NCBI GenBank assembly: GCA_045594545.1
Contig: JAZNYQ010000039.1
Location: 15,494 to 79,493, forward strand
Direction of reading: 5' to 3'
From: Eubacteriales bacterium
Lineage (GTDB): Bacteria; Bacillota; Clostridia; Oscillospirales; UMGS1783
Length of the DNA: 64,000 bases
In this document: piece after piece, positions 37,042 to 45,278 of the stretch
Layout of the letters: each line of letters starts with the position of its first letter
Position numbering within the stretch: the first letter of the stretch is position 1
Notes under the pieces: model-generated
The model's database searches: none
Told to the model about the DNA's origin: nothing
The model's input: the letters and a program-made list of their open reading frames with translations, nothing else
Position numbers and translations under genes: made by a program

Positions 37042-37814
37042 TATTTTGACATCTCCCACATAATTATGGAAGCGGCAACCGAAGCATTTAATGACTCGGT
37101 ATTTTGCTTCATGGGAATATAGATCCGGTGCTCACAGCAAGAAACGGCTTGGTCGGACAGACCGTTACCCTCGTTCCCGATCCAGACGGCACAGGCGTTC
37201 GGCAAGGGATGCTCCGAGATCGATTGCGCATCTTTCCCGACGACGGCGGCATAGGATGGAATACGGTTTTGTATCAGATACTCCGATAAATCTGCCGCGG
37301 ATGGAAAAGATTGGACGGGAACACGAAAAGCGGCGCCCATACTGCCACGCAGTACTTTAACCGAATAGATATCGCAGCCGCCGACAAAGAAGACACCGTC
37401 GATGCCGAAAGCGGCGGCCGAGCGCAGGATGGCGCCGGCGTTGCCGGGGTTTTGCAGGTTTTCGCATACGATATATTTACCGTGTTCATTCATATAAATC
37501 CTCGTATCGGGAACACGGCAAACCGCCAGAATGCTTTGGGGGGTATCCATCGTGCTGGCCCGCTCGATGGCAGTCGTTGGGGCGCTATACACGGGAACGT
37601 TACGGGATTCCAGTGTTTGGATCAAATCGGCAATGGATTGGATGCGGGACTGATCAACAAGAGCCGACACGACATCCATTCCGGCTGACAGTGCTTCCTG
37701 CAGCAGTACATCCCCCTCAACCATAAAGACACGGTCTCGGGCGCGGATTTTTGCACGGGACAGCGAGTTATAATATTTAATTGTCGGATTGACCGGACTG
37801 GATATGTAAAGCAT
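37041..37814 (-). CDS. TrmH/SpoU family RNA 2'-O-methyltransferase (RlmB-like)
   Basis: SpoU motifs (NPGNAGAILRSA, IGNEGNGLS, IPMKQNTESLNASVAASI). ATG at 37814 has GGGGG 8 nt upstream. Confidence 0.85.
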   Translation of the reverse strand: MLYISSPVNPTIKYYNSLSRAKIRARDRVFMVEGDVLLQEALSAGMDVVSALVDQSRIQSIADLIQTLESRNVPVYSAPTTAIERASTMDTPQSILAVCRVPDTRIYMNEHGKYIVCENLQNPGNAGAILRSAAAFGIDGVFFVGGCDIYSVKVLRGSMGAAFRVPVQSFPSAADLSEYLIQNRIPSYAAVVGKDAQSISEHPLPNACAVWIGNEGNGLSDQAVSCCEHRIYIPMKQNTESLNASVAASIIMWEMSK

Positions 37815-37870
37815 GTGCAAAGCCCCCTTTTCCCTTTATTATATACGTAACCGAGAAAAAAGCAAATTTT

Positions 37871-37920
37871 TTTTATAAACTTTTCACATGTTTTTCACAT
37901 GCAGACCATAGTGTTATCAT
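37871..37920 (+). promoter_or_regulatory. htrA promoter with tandem TTTTCACA repeats (candidate CssR-type response-regulator operator)
   Basis: TTTTCACATG at 37881..37890 and again at 37892..37901, an 11-bp period, preceded by the degenerate copy TTTTATAAAC at 37871..37880. The second copy overlaps a -35 position, 17 nt upstream of TATCAT at 37915..37920. Confidence 0.55.
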
Positions 37921-37965
37921 AATCCTCGTGCATAATATAGTTATCACAACAAGGAGAAAACAAAT

Positions 37966-39183
37966 ATGGAAGACAATAATAATCTGTTTCAGTCACAGCC
38001 AATAGATCCCGTTATTTCGGTGGAGCCTATCCATGAACCGGAGAAGAAAAAGAGCCACTCGGCCAAAACGCCGATTGCTCTCATTTTAATTATTTCGCTA
38101 CTGGCCTCTACCCTGCTTGGGCTTGGCGGCGGTGTTGTTGGCTACTATTTCATGCATATGCGCCAAAATCCCGGTACACCGTCACAGGGCGGCAGCAGTG
38201 GGGATATCCACATCAACTCGACCCCCATTGAGTTGTCGGAGGAGTCCTATAATCGTGCTGCGGTCGTGCAAAAGGTATACAGCAGTGTGGTAGAGATTAC
38301 GACCTCGTCGGTCAACACCTCCATGTTTATGCCGCAGCAAGTGCTCAGCGGTGCGGGCAGCGGTGTGATCATCACGACTGACGGTTATATAGTGACCAAT
38401 CATCATGTCGTGGACGGCGCTTCAGGCATTGAAGTGTCGCTGGCCAACGGAGAAACTTACAAAGCACAGTTGGTGGCATCCGATGCCAAGACCGACCTGG
38501 CGGTCATCAAGATCGAGGCAACCGATCTGAACGCGGCGACGTTTGGCGATTCTTCGCAGTTGGTGGTCGGGCAGACGGTATTGGCCATCGGCAATCCGCT
38601 CGGTTCACTGGGCGGAACGGTGACCGAGGGCATCATCAGCGCCTTAGATCGGGAGATCACCATTGAGAAAGAGTCGATGACGCTGTTGCAGATCAGTGCG
38701 GCTGTTAACCCCGGCAACTCAGGCGGCGGTTTGTTTGACGAACAGGGCAACCTGATCGGCATTGTTAACGCCAAAGTCAGCACCGATTCGAGCGGCGATC
38801 CGATCGAAGGACTGGGGTTTGCCATTCCTGCCAATATTGCGCGGCAGGTTTCGGGGGAATTGATGGATCACGGCTATGTGACCGGACGGGTCGCACTTGG
38901 TGTGACCTTGATCCACATTGCCGATGAACGCACGGCTATGATGTATCGGGTATCCAAGACCGGTATTTATATTCTGCAGGTAGAAAGCAATTCCAATGCC
39001 TCCAATGCGGGGCTTCGCTCCGGTGACTATCTGGTGCGCATCAACGATACCGACATCACCTCGACACAAGACGTAGAAAAGATACTGGAGGGCATCTCCC
39101 CCGGTGATACGTTACAAATCACCATTGAGCGGGGCGGGCAGGAAAAGACGGTGGAAGTCTTTATGGCCGAATCGACCAACTAA
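37966..39183 (+). CDS. htrA: Membrane-anchored HtrA/DegP-family serine protease with PDZ domain
   Basis: TM anchor, catalytic triad blocks TNHHVV, DLAVIK and GNSGGGLF, and a C-terminal PDZ domain. Confidence 0.93.
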   Translation: MEDNNNLFQSQPIDPVISVEPIHEPEKKKSHSAKTPIALILIISLLASTLLGLGGGVVGYYFMHMRQNPGTPSQGGSSGDIHINSTPIELSEESYNRAAVVQKVYSSVVEITTSSVNTSMFMPQQVLSGAGSGVIITTDGYIVTNHHVVDGASGIEVSLANGETYKAQLVASDAKTDLAVIKIEATDLNAATFGDSSQLVVGQTVLAIGNPLGSLGGTVTEGIISALDREITIEKESMTLLQISAAVNPGNSGGGLFDEQGNLIGIVNAKVSTDSSGDPIEGLGFAIPANIARQVSGELMDHGYVTGRVALGVTLIHIADERTAMMYRVSKTGIYILQVESNSNASNAGLRSGDYLVRINDTDITSTQDVEKILEGISPGDTLQITIERGGQEKTVEVFMAESTN

Positions 39184-39191
39184 TATCATGC

Positions 39192-39220
39192 AAGCCTTTG
39201 CCCGATTCGGGCAAAGGCTT
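39192..39220 (+). terminator. Hairpin after htrA (probable terminator or attenuator)
   Basis: 13-bp perfect stem AAGCCTTTGCCCG-ATT-CGGGCAAAGGCTT. The downstream U-tract is poor (GTTCCCTATT). Confidence 0.5.
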
Positions 39221-39228
39221 GTTCCCTA

Positions 39229-39257
39229 TTGCGAAAAAATTCTTTTTCATTTATAAT
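39229..39257 (+). promoter_or_regulatory. Candidate sigma-A promoter of the two-component operon
   Basis: TTGCGA-17 nt-TATAAT, 20 nt upstream of the response-regulator ATG. Confidence 0.5.
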
Positions 39258-39277
39258 AGATCATGGAGGGAATTTGT

Positions 39278-39946
39278 ATGTATAAACTGTTGATTGTTGA
39301 CGATGAAGAAAATATCCGTAAATTGATACATAAATATGCCGAATATGAAGGGCATGAGGTCACCGAAGCGGAAAATGGGATGCAGGCGGTTGACTTGGTG
39401 AGAAAAAACAGTTTTGATCTGATCGTCATGGATGTCATGATGCCTGAACTGGACGGATTTTCGGCGGCGGCTGAGATTCGCAAAATGAAAGATACCCCCA
39501 TTATCATGTTCTCGGCGCGCGGCGAGGAATACGACCGTATCCACGGCTTCATGGCGGGGATCGACGATTATGTGGTAAAACCCTTTTCCCCCAAGGAATT
39601 GATGCTTCGTATTCAGGCCATTTTATCCCGTCGGATGCAGCATACCGACCGTTCCGATGTCTTCGAGGCAGAAGGACTTAAGATCGACTTTACCAGCCGC
39701 ATCGTGACCATTGACGGCGAACGCGCCAATCTGTCCCCCAAAGAATATGAATTGCTGTTCTATATGGTGCGCAATCGTAACATCGCCCTATACCGCGAAA
39801 AACTATTGAGCGAAGTGTGGGGATATGACTTTTTCGGCGATGACCGCACATTGGATACCCACATCAAATTATTACGGAAAAGCTTAGGGGTTTACAGTAA
39901 ATTTATTGTGACACTCAGAGGGGTGGGATACCGTTTTGAAACATAA
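39278..39946 (+). CDS. OmpR-family response regulator (CssR-like by context)
   Basis: Receiver domain (LIVDDEE, DLIVMDVMMPELDG, KPF) and winged-helix output domain (LRGVGYRF). ATG at 39278 has GGAGGG 7 nt upstream. Confidence 0.9.
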   Translation: MYKLLIVDDEENIRKLIHKYAEYEGHEVTEAENGMQAVDLVRKNSFDLIVMDVMMPELDGFSAAAEIRKMKDTPIIMFSARGEEYDRIHGFMAGIDDYVVKPFSPKELMLRIQAILSRRMQHTDRSDVFEAEGLKIDFTSRIVTIDGERANLSPKEYELLFYMVRNRNIALYREKLLSEVWGYDFFGDDRTLDTHIKLLRKSLGVYSKFIVTLRGVGYRFET

Positions 39947-41402
39947 ACAGCACCGTATCGGGATCCGTCCCAAACTTTTTGCCTGCTTCGCCCTTTTTGT
40001 AGCTCTTACATTATCCTTATTGTGGGTGTTGCAGGTCGTTTTCCTAGATGATTTTTATCGCTTGATCAAGACCAATTTAATCAAAAAAACAGCCACCGTT
40101 ATTACTCACAATCTGGACAAGTCCCCCGAGGAACTGCAAACGTTGGTGACTCGCATTTCGCAAAACGGCGAATTGTGCATTGTTGTCTATGATCTCAACG
40201 ATAACGGCGCCTACCTCGCCGATTCGGACGTGCTGGTGAGTTGTCTGGTTCATAAACTTATGCCGTACGACCGCTATCATATGTGCATGGATGCTCAACA
40301 AAACGGCGGCGAATCGCTGGAATTATTTGAGGGGGACAGTTTTCGAAACCCCCACTACGATAACGATCATTTTCACGGCAACGTTCCACAAAACGATCCC
40401 GGTATGTATGACAGCCTGATGTATATCCGTGTGCGGGAAAATGCGATCGGACACAACATTGCCATTATGATCAACGGCACCATTGTTCCGGTTGATGCCA
40501 CGGTACACACCTTGATCAATCAGATGATGATCATTACCATTATTTTGTTATTGTTAGCGGGGGCATTTGCCTGGATCTTGTCCCGCTTGATTGCCAAGCC
40601 GATCTCCAAACTTAACAACAGCGCCAAGGCCTTAGCCGCCGCCAACTACAATGTATCTTTCCAAGCCAGCGGCTATCGGGAAATTGAAGAGTTATCCGAC
40701 TCGCTTACTGTTGCCGCCCAAGAACTCAATAAGGTAGACGAGTATCGACGGGAATTGCTGGCTAACGTTTCACACGATATGCGCACTCCCCTCACTCTCA
40801 TTTCGGGCTACGGCGAGGTTATGCGGGACATTCCCAGTGAAAACAATGCCGAAAATCTGGATATCATCATTTCCGAGGCCAAGCGGCTGACCGCCTTAGT
40901 CAATGACATGATTGAACAGACCCAGTATACCGACGGAACGATACATCTTGATAAAACAACGATGGATCTGTCGGCCAGTCTTGAGGAAATTGCCTTACGG
41001 TACCGTAAATTTACGAAAAATGACGGCATAACCATCCATACCGATATTGCTGAGGGCATACATGTTTATGCCGACCCGATCAAATTGAACCAAGCCATAT
41101 ACAATCTGCTTAACAATGCTCTGACCTATACTGACAAGCATATCTACATTACATTAAAAAGTATAGGACATTGTGCCTATGTGGAAATTCGGGATACGGG
41201 CGAAGGGATTGAAGAAGACAAATTGCCGCACATCTGGAATCGCTATTACAAGATCGACAAGCAACATCGACGTGCTTCGCATGGATCGGGGCTTGGATTG
41301 TCCATTGTTAAGCACATTCTGGAGTTGCATGAAGCGAAATACGGAGTTACCAGCCGCGTTGGTGAAGGCAGTTCTTTCTGGTTCTCCCTACCCCAAGAAT
41401 AA
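39936..41402 (+). CDS. Sensor histidine kinase (CssS-like by context), two TM helices flanking a ~160-aa extracytoplasmic domain
   Basis: H-box SHDMRTPL, N box NNALTYT, G boxes DTGEGI and GSGLGLSIV. TTG start overlaps the regulator gene by 11 nt. The first in-frame ATG lies well downstream of TM1. Confidence 0.88.
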   Translation: MKHKQHRIGIRPKLFACFALFVALTLSLLWVLQVVFLDDFYRLIKTNLIKKTATVITHNLDKSPEELQTLVTRISQNGELCIVVYDLNDNGAYLADSDVLVSCLVHKLMPYDRYHMCMDAQQNGGESLELFEGDSFRNPHYDNDHFHGNVPQNDPGMYDSLMYIRVRENAIGHNIAIMINGTIVPVDATVHTLINQMMIITIILLLLAGAFAWILSRLIAKPISKLNNSAKALAAANYNVSFQASGYREIEELSDSLTVAAQELNKVDEYRRELLANVSHDMRTPLTLISGYGEVMRDIPSENNAENLDIIISEAKRLTALVNDMIEQTQYTDGTIHLDKTTMDLSASLEEIALRYRKFTKNDGITIHTDIAEGIHVYADPIKLNQAIYNLLNNALTYTDKHIYITLKSIGHCAYVEIRDTGEGIEEDKLPHIWNRYYKIDKQHRRASHGSGLGLSIVKHILELHEAKYGVTSRVGEGSSFWFSLPQE

Positions 41403-41906
41403 CCGCACCGAGAGGACGGAAAAGATAAAGGCAGCCAGATCGGCGATCAAGCCGCAGGTTAGGGCGTGGGGCAACTTCTTTACCCCTGCCGCACCGCTAT
41501 AGAGCGCATAGGTATAAAAGGTGGTTTCCGAAGATGCGGCCAAGACACTGGCCATGCGTCCGACCGCACTGTCGGCACCATATACGCTTAAATATTCCGA
41601 TAATTGTGCGATACTGCCCGATCCCGAGATCGGACGCAAAATGGCAAGCGGAACCAGTTCCGGCGGGATACCGACTCTATGACAAATCGGAGAAAGCAAT
41701 TCCGTCAACCCCTCTACCGCACCGGAACTTCGAAACATATTCAGTGCGGTTACCATAAGCAGTAATGTGGGAGCAACACCCCAAAGAGCCGAAAGTCCCT
41801 CTTTGGCTCCCTCGGTAAAGGCATCCATAATATTTACTTTTTTTATCATGCCAAGAATCAGGATTCCTAAAATAGCAAGCGGAATTAGGTATGATATGAT
41901 CTTCAT
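41388..41906 (-). CDS. spmB: Spore maturation protein B (nucleoside-recognition/Gate domain)
   Basis: Polytopic membrane protein paired with spmA. ATG at 41906 forms an ATGA overlap with the spmA stop; the track ORF is extended 21 codons. Confidence 0.8.
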   Translation of the reverse strand: MKIISYLIPLAILGILILGMIKKVNIMDAFTEGAKEGLSALWGVAPTLLLMVTALNMFRSSGAVEGLTELLSPICHRVGIPPELVPLAILRPISGSGSIAQLSEYLSVYGADSAVGRMASVLAASSETTFYTYALYSGAAGVKKLPHALTCGLIADLAAFIFSVLSVRLFLG

Positions 41907-42466
41907 TTTCGTGATAATATCTTGATCAGGAGGATACCGATAAGGGCGGAAGCAAAGGATGTGACCCATACGGGCAACAGAATATCGGCCGGCATAGCCG
42001 AGCCGGATGAGGCGCGCATACTGATAACGGTTGTGGGGATCAATTGAATAGAGGCGCCGTTGAGAACACAGAACACGGCCATAGCTGAGGTCGCTTTCCC
42101 CTCGGAACGTTTCCCCATACGACGCATAGCGGCAAGCCCCGCGGGAGTGGCCGCATTACCGATCCCGATCATATTGGATACGATGTTGGTTGTCATATGC
42201 CCCAAGGTTTCTTCGTCCTTTTCATCCCGAAACAAAATACGCGTCACCGGTCGCAACCATTTGGATAGTATTTTCAGCAAACCGGCCCGCTGTGCGACAC
42301 GAAACAAGCCGCTCCAAAGCGTCATGGTACCGATCAAGCCGACACAAAGGGTTACGGCATCCTGTGCACCGCTCAAGGTTGCCGACAATAAGGCTTCGCC
42401 ATTGCCGGAGATAACCGCTACAACACAGGATATCAGCATGAGAGCCAGCACAATATAGATAAGCAT
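41903..42466 (-). CDS. spmA: Spore maturation protein A
   Basis: Polytopic protein with the SpmA-like N-terminus (GNGEALLSATLSGAQDAVTLCVGLIG). GGAGG SD upstream. Confidence 0.8.
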   Translation of the reverse strand: MLIYIVLALMLISCVVAVISGNGEALLSATLSGAQDAVTLCVGLIGTMTLWSGLFRVAQRAGLLKILSKWLRPVTRILFRDEKDEETLGHMTTNIVSNMIGIGNAATPAGLAAMRRMGKRSEGKATSAMAVFCVLNGASIQLIPTTVISMRASSGSAMPADILLPVWVTSFASALIGILLIKILSRK

Positions 42467-42549
42467 CCCAATTCCTCCAAAAAATGTAATTTCCTATTGA
42501 CGGAATTTGTCGAAATGTGATACAGTATAGATAAAGGAAGGTGGAAATT

Positions 42550-42792
42550 ATGAAAGCAACCGGCATTGTCAGACAGGTCGATGAACTCGGTCGTATCGTA
42601 TTGCCTATTGAATTGCGCAGAAAAATGGATATCAACATAAAAGATCCCCTTGAAATTTATGTAGACGATGATGCAATCATTCTCAAAAAGTATCAAGCAG
42701 GATGTATATTTTGTGGTAACGCACAGGTGGTAAACTACAAAGGGAAAAATATTTGTCCCGACTGCATCAAAGAGATGTACGAACAGGTATAA
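42550..42792 (+). CDS. AbrB/SpoVT-family DNA-binding protein with C-terminal CxxC-x12-CxxC zinc-ribbon tail
   Basis: N-terminal MKATGIVRQVDELGRIVLPIELRR is near-identical to the AbrB swapped-hairpin consensus. The C-terminus carries CIFCG...CPDC. ATG at 42550 is preceded by AAGGAAGGTGG. Confidence 0.88.
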   Translation: MKATGIVRQVDELGRIVLPIELRRKMDINIKDPLEIYVDDDAIILKKYQAGCIFCGNAQVVNYKGKNICPDCIKEMYEQV

Positions 42793-42828
42793 AAATAGCC
42801 GGAAAACAATGTTTTCCGGCTATTTTTA
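42791..42828. terminator. Bidirectional terminator between the abrB-like and flavin reductase genes
   Basis: AAAAATAGCCGGAAAAC-AAT-GTTTTCCGGCTATTTTT, with A/T tracts on both sides. Confidence 0.85.
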
Positions 42829-43383
42829 TAACGATAATCCATCGTGAAACGCTTGCCCGACCTTCTCGCCCATACTCCAATAGGCATGGTTCATGGAATC
42901 ATAGATGATGGGTTGTAATTTGGCAGGATCAACCTTGCCTTTTTCATTCAAAATACTTTCCTCTGCGCTGACGTTGACGATCTCGCCAACCAATCGGCAG
43001 GTTTCTTTATCATAAGATTTGACCTTGCACTCCAGCGCCATCGGCAACTCTTCAAAAAGCGGCGCATCCACAAACTCACTCTTTATGACATGCCAGCCGG
43101 TTTTCATCATTTTATCGGGATGATCCTGTCCCGATACGATACCGACATAATCACAAGCGATCCGAGTCGGTTCCGTCCCCATGCTTACCGTAAAGGCATT
43201 ACGCTTTACAAGATTATCTGCCGTTTTATGGGTATCATCAATACAAATGGTGATCTCGGTTTCCTCGGTGATCCCGCCCCATGCGGCGTTCATGGCATTG
43301 GGCGTGCCATCCTCGTTATAGGTGCCGATAATAAAGACCGGCTGAGGATACAGTTGCGGCTTAGCGCCGAAATTTTTACGCAT
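42826..43383 (-). CDS. Flavin reductase-like (flavoredoxin family) protein
   Basis: 185 aa with a PVFIIGTYNEDGTPNAMNAAWGG N-terminal block typical of FMN-binding split-barrel flavoredoxins. Confidence 0.75.
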   Translation of the reverse strand: MRKNFGAKPQLYPQPVFIIGTYNEDGTPNAMNAAWGGITEETEITICIDDTHKTADNLVKRNAFTVSMGTEPTRIACDYVGIVSGQDHPDKMMKTGWHVIKSEFVDAPLFEELPMALECKVKSYDKETCRLVGEIVNVSAEESILNEKGKVDPAKLQPIIYDSMNHAYWSMGEKVGQAFHDGLSL

Positions 43384-43440
43384 GATAAACCCTCCTTTTT
43401 AAGCAGTATACCAAAATATTTGATAAATGAAAAGATATTC

Positions 43441-43469
43441 TTTGTATTTTACGCAGGATATGCTATAAT
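43441..43469 (+). promoter_or_regulatory. Candidate extended -10 promoter for the TPR/NTase-like pair
   Basis: TTTGTA-17 nt (ending in TGC)-TATAAT, about 20 nt upstream of the ATG at 43491. Confidence 0.4.
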
Positions 43470-43490
43470 TTTCTTAGAGGTGATACCACG

Positions 43491-44306
43491 ATGACTCTTT
43501 CTCCTGAAGATTATCAAGAGCCGGCTTGTCCGCTATGTATGGATACCGATCCGGTGCAACGAATTCCCGTTGCCCGTATCATTCAAAAATTAGATGCGTT
43601 CTTAAACCGCAACGATTACCCCTCAGCACTCAACCATCTGAATTACTGGGTGGATGAGGCGACTGCCGTTCATGACGAGAACGGTCTGCTCTCCTTATAC
43701 AATGAACGCATGGGGCTTTATCGCAAAATCAGCAAAAAGGAACAAGCCGTTGCCGACGCACAGGCGGCGCTTCTTCTTGTATCCAAATTAGACCTTGATA
43801 ACAGCAAGACGGGCGGTACAACGCTTCTCAATGCGGCCACGGTATACAAGTCGTTCCAAATGGCAGAACAAGCGTTACCCCTATACGAAAAGGCTTTGGC
43901 TGTATTTGAACAAGTGCTCTCCCCTGCCGATTCTTTGTTTGGCGGGTTATATAACAACATGGGATTAGCTTTAGTGGATCTGAAACAGTATGATCGGGCC
44001 AATGAGTATTATAGCAAGGCGCTGAATATTATGGCTCACATTGAGAACGGTGCGCTTGAGCAGGCCATTACCTATCTGAACATGGCTGACGCAACGGTGG
44101 CGCAATACGGATTTGAGGCGGCATCGGGCACGGTTGAGGATTATATTTTAAAAGCACAGGATCTGCTGGAAGACGAGACTTTGCCTCGTAACGGGTATTA
44201 TGCTTTCGTGGCCGAGAAATGCGCGCCGTCTTTCCGCTATTACGGGCATTTCTTTTATGCCAAGCAATTGGAAGAACGGTCAAGGAGGATTTATGAAGGG
44301 GCTTGA
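43491..44306 (+). CDS. Tetratricopeptide-repeat protein (271 aa), function unknown
   Basis: Helical-repeat pattern (ALPLYEKALAVFEQVL, ANEYYSKALNIMAHI, GLLSLYNERMGLYRKI) and an N-terminal CPLC. GAGGTGA SD upstream. Confidence 0.7.
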   Translation: MTLSPEDYQEPACPLCMDTDPVQRIPVARIIQKLDAFLNRNDYPSALNHLNYWVDEATAVHDENGLLSLYNERMGLYRKISKKEQAVADAQAALLLVSKLDLDNSKTGGTTLLNAATVYKSFQMAEQALPLYEKALAVFEQVLSPADSLFGGLYNNMGLALVDLKQYDRANEYYSKALNIMAHIENGALEQAITYLNMADATVAQYGFEAASGTVEDYILKAQDLLEDETLPRNGYYAFVAEKCAPSFRYYGHFFYAKQLEERSRRIYEGA

Positions 44307-45234
44307 GTTATCCCGTCAATACTACCGAACCTACGGCGCACCCATGATTCATGAGCAGTTCCCGCATCTGGAGTCCTTGATTGCGGTTGGTTTAGCGGGA
44401 AGCGGATCGGAGTGTTACGGGTTTGACGATATCATCTCGCAGGACCATGACTTTGAGCCCGGTTTTTGCCTGTTTCTTCCGGATGAGGAGGTAATCAGCC
44501 GTCAAGATGCCTTTGCCCTTGAGCGGGCGTATGACAAGTTACCCAAAGAATTTATGGGGGTTACACGGCTCAGACAGGCGCCGGTAGGCGGCAATCGGCA
44601 CGGTGTGATCCGCATTGCGGATTTTTACCGCAACAAGATTGGGTTTGAGAATGGATTTTCCCGTTTATATGATTGGTTTTCGGTTCCGGAATTTTCAATT
44701 GCCGAAGCGATCAACGGTGACGTGTTTCGGGATGATTACGGACAGTTTTCCCGCATTCGTCAATCGCTTATGCAGATTCCCGAAGATGTGAGGAAAAAGA
44801 AGTTAGCCGGCGCATTGCTGATCATGGCACAGGCGGGACAATACAATTATTCGCGCTGTTTGGCACACGGAGAGAGCGGTGCGGCACAGTTAGCCATTCA
44901 TGAATTTGTTAATCAAACCATGCGCACCATCTTCCTGTTAAATGGAAAATTTGCTCCGTTCTACAAGTGGTCATTCCGAGCCATGAAATCCCTTCCCCTG
45001 CTTGCCAACCATACGCAGGGGCTCGAATTTTTAATTTCGAGCGCCAACGATGCAGACACTTCCGCAAAGAAGACGGAGCGCATCGAAGCCATTGCCAAAG
45101 ATGTGGTGGATGTTTTACACAGGCAAGGGCTTTCAACCTTATCCCACACCGATTTGGAAATGCAGGCATATGAAGTGAATCGGACCATTTCTGACGGTAA
45201 TTTACGGAACGAACATATTTTATTTGCATTATAA
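44293..45234 (+). CDS. Pol-beta-superfamily nucleotidyltransferase-like protein with helical C-terminal domain (resembles DUF4037-annotated proteins, from memory)
   Basis: ATG at 44293 has AGGAGG 5 nt upstream and overlaps the TPR gene by 14 nt. The G-S-x13-D-H-D pattern (AGSGSECYGFDDIISQDHDF) fits the minimal NTase signature. Confidence 0.65.
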   Translation: MKGLELSRQYYRTYGAPMIHEQFPHLESLIAVGLAGSGSECYGFDDIISQDHDFEPGFCLFLPDEEVISRQDAFALERAYDKLPKEFMGVTRLRQAPVGGNRHGVIRIADFYRNKIGFENGFSRLYDWFSVPEFSIAEAINGDVFRDDYGQFSRIRQSLMQIPEDVRKKKLAGALLIMAQAGQYNYSRCLAHGESGAAQLAIHEFVNQTMRTIFLLNGKFAPFYKWSFRAMKSLPLLANHTQGLEFLISSANDADTSAKKTERIEAIAKDVVDVLHRQGLSTLSHTDLEMQAYEVNRTISDGNLRNEHILFAL

Positions 45235-45270
45235 AAGAAGCCGAAACGGAAATCCGTTTCGGCTTCTTAA
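45233..45270. terminator. Bidirectional terminator between the NTase-like gene and the uracil permease gene
   Basis: GAAGCCGAAACGG-AAAT-CCGTTTCGGCTTC, a 13-bp perfect stem flanked by A- and T-rich runs. Confidence 0.8.
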
Positions 45271-45278
45271 TTGTTTAA

